This document shows positions 60,350 through 64,000 of a stretch of DNA of 64,000 bases, in pieces. The DNA is taken from positions 3,496-67,495 of the forward strand of contig CAMBZZ010000007.1 of assembly GCA_945872615.1 (NCBI GenBank), read 5' to 3'. The position numbers were made by a program, and so were the translations under genes. The DNA comes from an uncultured Clostridia bacterium (GTDB lineage: Bacteria > Bacillota > Clostridia > Christensenellales > UBA3700). Below the pieces are notes generated by a model. That model saw nothing but the letters and a program-made list of their open reading frames with translations, did not search any database and had not been told where the DNA came from. The stretch's first letter is position 1, and each line of letters begins with the position of its first letter.

Positions 60350-61147
60350 ATGAAAAAAGTAATTTTGGCAGCAATCGTAGTAGTTATGGCTCTTACAGGT
60401 GTTTTTGCAATGGTAGGTTGCAACAAAGATTCCGACTGGGCTTATATTGAGAAAAATGGGGAGATGATTATCGGCTATACCTTGTTCGCTCCTATCGCTT
60501 ACGAAGAAGGCGGACAACTTATCGGTTTCGATATCGACCTTGCCAAAGCAGTTGCGGCAGACCTCGGTATCAACGTCAAGTTCCAACTCATCAACTGGGA
60601 CACCAAGGAAGTTGAACTCAACGCTAAGAATATCGACCTTATCTGGAACGGTATGACCCTCAACGCAAGCAGACAAGAGTCTATGGAATGTTCTATCCCT
60701 TACCTCAACAACAGACAAGTAGCAGTTATCCGTAAGGCTGACGCCGCTATCTACACCACCAAAGACTCTATGGCTTCCGCTAAGTTTACCGCAGAAAAAG
60801 GTAGCGCAGGCGCAGACGTAGTAGCAGCAGAGTTTGCAAATTCTACTTACAACGAACTCAACTCTCAAGCAGACACACTTCTTGACGTCAAGGCAGGTAC
60901 CAGCGACATCGTTATCATCGACTCCGTAATGGCAGGTTTCTACTGCTCGCAACCTGACTATGCCGACTTGCAAATCGTTACCAGCGTAGAATTCGCCACC
61001 GAGCAATACGGCATCGCAGGCAGAAAGGGTGACACCGAATTTATCGGCAAAATCAACGCAAGCCTCAAGAAACTCAATGCCAACGGCACCGTAGCAACCA
61101 TTGCCGCTAAGTATGGACTTGCAAGCGAAGTTGCTATCGCAGACTAA
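60350..61147 (+). CDS. Polar amino-acid ABC transporter substrate-binding lipoprotein (paralog of 27982..28821)
   Basis: AAGGAG RBS. Signal peptide with ..MVGC lipobox. ..FAPIAYEE..GFDIDLAKAVA.. family-3 SBP. Confidence 0.85.
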   Translation: MKKVILAAIVVVMALTGVFAMVGCNKDSDWAYIEKNGEMIIGYTLFAPIAYEEGGQLIGFDIDLAKAVAADLGINVKFQLINWDTKEVELNAKNIDLIWNGMTLNASRQESMECSIPYLNNRQVAVIRKADAAIYTTKDSMASAKFTAEKGSAGADVVAAEFANSTYNELNSQADTLLDVKAGTSDIVIIDSVMAGFYCSQPDYADLQIVTSVEFATEQYGIAGRKGDTEFIGKINASLKKLNANGTVATIAAKYGLASEVAIAD

Positions 61148-61237
61148 GTTTGCTAAATATAAAACCTCAGAAAAATAATTGATTACACCTATGTCGTTGC
61201 AAGTTTTTGCAACGACATAGCGTGCGTAAAGGAGAAT

Positions 61238-61885
61238 ATGTCATTTTCAGAAGTAACGCTTTCTATGTTGGAAGGCACCAAATATACGCTAGGTTTGTTC
61301 TTTATTACCTTGCTCATAGCCATACCGTTTGGGATGGTAATTGCGGCGTTCGAACTGTCCAAATCTAAGATTGTATCTAGTATCACCAAAGGCTTCGTGT
61401 GGATAATAAGAGGTACGCCGCTTATGTTGCAACTCATCGTAGTTATGTATGTACCGGGACTTGTGTTCGGTATGCCGATGAGAGAGAGATTTTTGGCGGC
61501 AATCATTGCCTTTGGCATCAACTATGCGGCATATTTTGCCGAGATTTATAGGGGCGGTATTCAGTCGATACCGCAAGGTCAGTACGAAGCGGGCTACGTG
61601 TTGGGCTTCAAACGCAAGCAAATAGTATCGCGCATCGTCATTCCGCAAGTCTTCAAAAGAATAATGCCACCTATGAGCAACGAGGTTATTACGCTCGTCA
61701 AAGATACCTCGCTTGCCAATATTATCGGTATAGTGGAGATAATTATGACAGCCAAAACAATAGTGTCTACCAAAGGTATTATTTGGCCGCTATTCTATAC
61801 GGGCGTTTTTTATCTGGTAATGAGCGGCGTGTTGACTATATTGTTCAACTATATCGAGAAAAAACTCGATTATTACAAAATTTAG
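61238..61885 (+). CDS. Amino-acid ABC transporter permease
   Basis: 215 aa with an EAA-like loop ..EIYRGGIQSIPQGQYEAGYVLGF... Confidence 0.85.
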   Translation: MSFSEVTLSMLEGTKYTLGLFFITLLIAIPFGMVIAAFELSKSKIVSSITKGFVWIIRGTPLMLQLIVVMYVPGLVFGMPMRERFLAAIIAFGINYAAYFAEIYRGGIQSIPQGQYEAGYVLGFKRKQIVSRIVIPQVFKRIMPPMSNEVITLVKDTSLANIIGIVEIIMTAKTIVSTKGIIWPLFYTGVFYLVMSGVLTILFNYIEKKLDYYKI

Positions 61886-61894
61886 GAGGGGAGT

Positions 61895-62812
61895 ATGGCG
61901 TTTTTTGAAGTAAGCAACATACGCAAGGACTTTGGCTCTACCCAAGTACTCAAAGGCGTTAGCTTCGAGGTAGAAAAGGGGCAAGTCGTTGCCATAATCG
62001 GCTCTTCGGGAAGCGGTAAAACCACGCTTCTCAGATGTATCAACTTTTTGGTTACCCCCGACGTAGGTACGGTCAAGGTCGGCGACAAAGTTCTTATCGA
62101 TATACCTGAGATAGACCCCGACCAAGCACTTAGCGACAAGGATAGAGCCAAGATTGCCAAAATCAAGAGCTCTAATCTCACCAAAGAAGAGATAGGAGAC
62201 AAGGTAAATAAAGTAATAAGTAAGGCTTGCAAAAAAGCTAAAAAACAATGGGAAAAAGCCAATAAACTGTCGGAAGAAGAGATTAGAAACAGGCGACTGC
62301 ACATGGGTATGGTATTCCAATCTTTCAATCTTTTCCCTCACTACAACGTGCTCGACAACGTGACTTTGGCTGCCAAACTAAGAGCCAAAGAGACGGGTGG
62401 GGCAACTGAACAAGAGATAGAAACCAAGGCTTTAGAACTGCTTGCCAAAGTCGGTTTGAGTGACAAAGTGAAGAATTATCCTTGCGAATTGTCGGGAGGT
62501 CAACAACAGCGTGTGGCTATTGCCCGAGCATTGGCTCTCAACCCCGACGTGTTGTGCTTTGACGAGCCGACGAGTGCGCTTGACCCCGAACTTACGGGCG
62601 AAGTGCTCAAGGTTATCAAGGGGCTCAAAAACACCGACAGTACGATGATCGTCGTCACTCACGAGATGGAATTTGCTCGTAAAGTCGCCGACAAAGTCAT
62701 CTATATGTCCGACGGCGTAATCGAAGAGCAAGGCACGCCCGAGGAAATATTCGGCAATCCTAAGAGCGAAAAGACCAAAGCCTTTTTGCAAAAAGCAGAA
62801 GAAGTCATATAA
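61895..62812 (+). CDS. Amino-acid ABC transporter ATPase with a ~50-aa Lys-rich insertion before the Q-loop
   Basis: Walker [47 protein letters not shown]. 305 aa against the typical ~240 aa. Confidence 0.88.
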   Translation: MAFFEVSNIRKDFGSTQVLKGVSFEVEKGQVVAIIGSSGSGKTTLLRCINFLVTPDVGTVKVGDKVLIDIPEIDPDQALSDKDRAKIAKIKSSNLTKEEIGDKVNKVISKACKKAKKQWEKANKLSEEEIRNRRLHMGMVFQSFNLFPHYNVLDNVTLAAKLRAKETGGATEQEIETKALELLAKVGLSDKVKNYPCELSGGQQQRVAIARALALNPDVLCFDEPTSALDPELTGEVLKVIKGLKNTDSTMIVVTHEMEFARKVADKVIYMSDGVIEEQGTPEEIFGNPKSEKTKAFLQKAEEVI

Positions 62813-62835
62813 TATACGATTTTCATTTTTTAGAT

Positions 62836-62872
62836 ACGCACCCCAAAGTTTTGCTTATGGGGTGCGTTTTGG
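62836..62872 (+). terminator. Rho-independent terminator
   Basis: ACGCACCCCA-aagttttgctta-TGGGGTGCGT followed by TTT. Confidence 0.8.
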
Positions 62873-63052
62873 TAAAAAGACTAAGTTGATGTCAACGCTA
62901 TTAAGACGCAATAGATTTTGTCGAATTGCATGTTAGCATTCTAACGTAGAAAGTCGGCGTTTTTGCAAAAAATATCGACACGTATCTGCATTTTGGCAAT
63001 TTTCGTTTGTAGACTTGGGCGTTATGTGCTACAATATCGTCAAGGAGAAGGT

Positions 63053-64000
63053 ATGACCAAAAAGAGAGTAGTAGTAGGAATGAGCGGCGGCGTAGACAGT
63101 TCTTTGGCGGCGTTGTTGCTCAAACAACAAGGGTACGACGTCGTAGGTCTTTTTATGCGCAACTGGCACGAAAAAGACGACGGCGGTTGTTGCACTGCCG
63201 ATGAGGACTTCTACGACGTGAGATCGGTATGCAACAAGTTGGATATACCTTATTATAGCGTCGACTTTGCCGACAAATATTACGACAAGGTTTTCAAACT
63301 TTTCGTAGAAGAATACAAAAAGGGGCGTACCCCCAACCCCGACGTGCTTTGCAACAAAGAGATTAAATTCGGTCCTTTCGTCAAACAAGCTTTGTCAATG
63401 GGCGCCGATTATATCGCTACGGGACACTATTGCGACATTGACCACAATCCGGATGGCTACAATTATCTGCTTAGAGCGGTTGACGACAATAAAGACCAAA
63501 CTTACTTTCTCAATCAAGTTACGTCTAAGCAACTCGAGAAGGTACTATTCCCGCTAGGCTCGCTTACCAAACCGCAAGTGAGAGAATTGGCGGAGAAATA
63601 CGGACTTTCTACCGCGCAAAAAAAGGATAGCACGGGCATTTGCTTTATTGGGGAACGCAATTTTAGGCAGTTTCTTGCAAGTTATATACCTATGCAGCAA
63701 GGCAAAATACTCACCCTTGACGGCAAAGAAGTGGGCAAACACAACGGAGTGTTCTACTATACCGTGGGTCAACGCAAGGGGCTGGGCATAGGCGGCGGAG
63801 GTAACGGAGAAGCTTGGTTCGTCGTGGATAAGGACGTAGAAAAGAATATACTCTACGTGTCGCAAGGCGACCAATCTCCGCTATATCACAGCCACTTGGA
63901 GTGCGACGCGTTCAACTTTATCACTACCAAACCGCAAGAGACTTGCTTTAGGGCTCAAGTGAGAATTAGGCATCGTCAACCTCTGCAAGACGCAACGGTG
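63053..64000 (+). CDS. mnmA: tRNA-specific 2-thiouridylase MnmA, N-terminal 316 codons; 3' end lies outside the window
   Basis: Not in the ORF track because it has no stop in the window. AAGGAGAAGGT then ATG 63053. Translation MTKKRVVVGMSGGVDSSLAALLLKQQGYDVVGLFMRNW...NPDVLCNKEIKF carries the PP-loop SGGVDSS motif and is open to position 64000. Confidence 0.9.
   Translation, partial: MTKKRVVVGMSGGVDSSLAALLLKQQGYDVVGLFMRNWHEKDDGGCCTADEDFYDVRSVCNKLDIPYYSVDFADKYYDKVFKLFVEEYKKGRTPNPDVLCNKEIKFGPFVKQALSMGADYIATGHYCDIDHNPDGYNYLLRAVDDNKDQTYFLNQVTSKQLEKVLFPLGSLTKPQVRELAEKYGLSTAQKKDSTGICFIGERNFRQFLASYIPMQQGKILTLDGKEVGKHNGVFYYTVGQRKGLGIGGGGNGEAWFVVDKDVEKNILYVSQGDQSPLYHSHLECDAFNFITTKPQETCFRAQVRIRHRQPLQDATV

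Overview
This is a 64-kb chromosomal window from a low-GC Gram-positive genome. The gene order (ecfA1-ecfA2-ecfT-truA-rplM-rpsI, glgBCDAP) fits Bacillota/Clostridia, but the taxon cannot be fixed from the sequence alone.

The left edge holds the 3' 2.3 kb of cas9, then cas1-cas2-csn2, a 62-nt leader and a type II-A CRISPR array. The array has 29 repeats and 28 spacers; the 36-nt repeat is GTTTTAGTACTTTGTAATTCCAAATAGGTGTTAAAC. No convincing tracrRNA is visible in the window.

The remainder is mostly housekeeping and carbohydrate metabolism:
- fba, gap and PFOR
- a beta-mannosidase/fructokinase/PMI cluster and a GH13 glucosidase
- the glycogen operon
- a Fur-family regulator with a reverse rubrerythrin
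- the ECF transporter module and rplM-rpsI
- two paralogous polar amino-acid ABC operons and a heterodimeric ABC exporter
- tRNA-Arg(CCG) and the 5' part of mnmA, which runs off the right edge and is absent from the ORF track

I did not find a convincing multi-gene novel system. The unexplained signals worth a second look are:
1. Two parallel divergent XRE/surface-lipoprotein modules. In each, a perfect palindrome exactly fills the 17-bp spacer of a near-consensus promoter.
2. A collagen-like lipoprotein gene whose RBS and ATG are 1 nt out of frame with its own signal peptide at short A-runs.
3. A frameshifted GH2 beta-mannosidase.
4. REP-like intergenic repeat blocks sharing a 31-nt identical core in opposite orientation 46 kb apart.
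5. A 14-16 bp perfect palindrome with 20 nt of identical context placed right after two unrelated stop codons, plus degenerate copies elsewhere.
6. Twin 7-1-7 Fur/PerR-like boxes upstream of the regulator/rubrerythrin pair.
7. Lys/Glu-rich insertions or extensions in two ABC ATPases and in GlgA.

All coordinates and motifs were read by eye. No database search or folding was possible.
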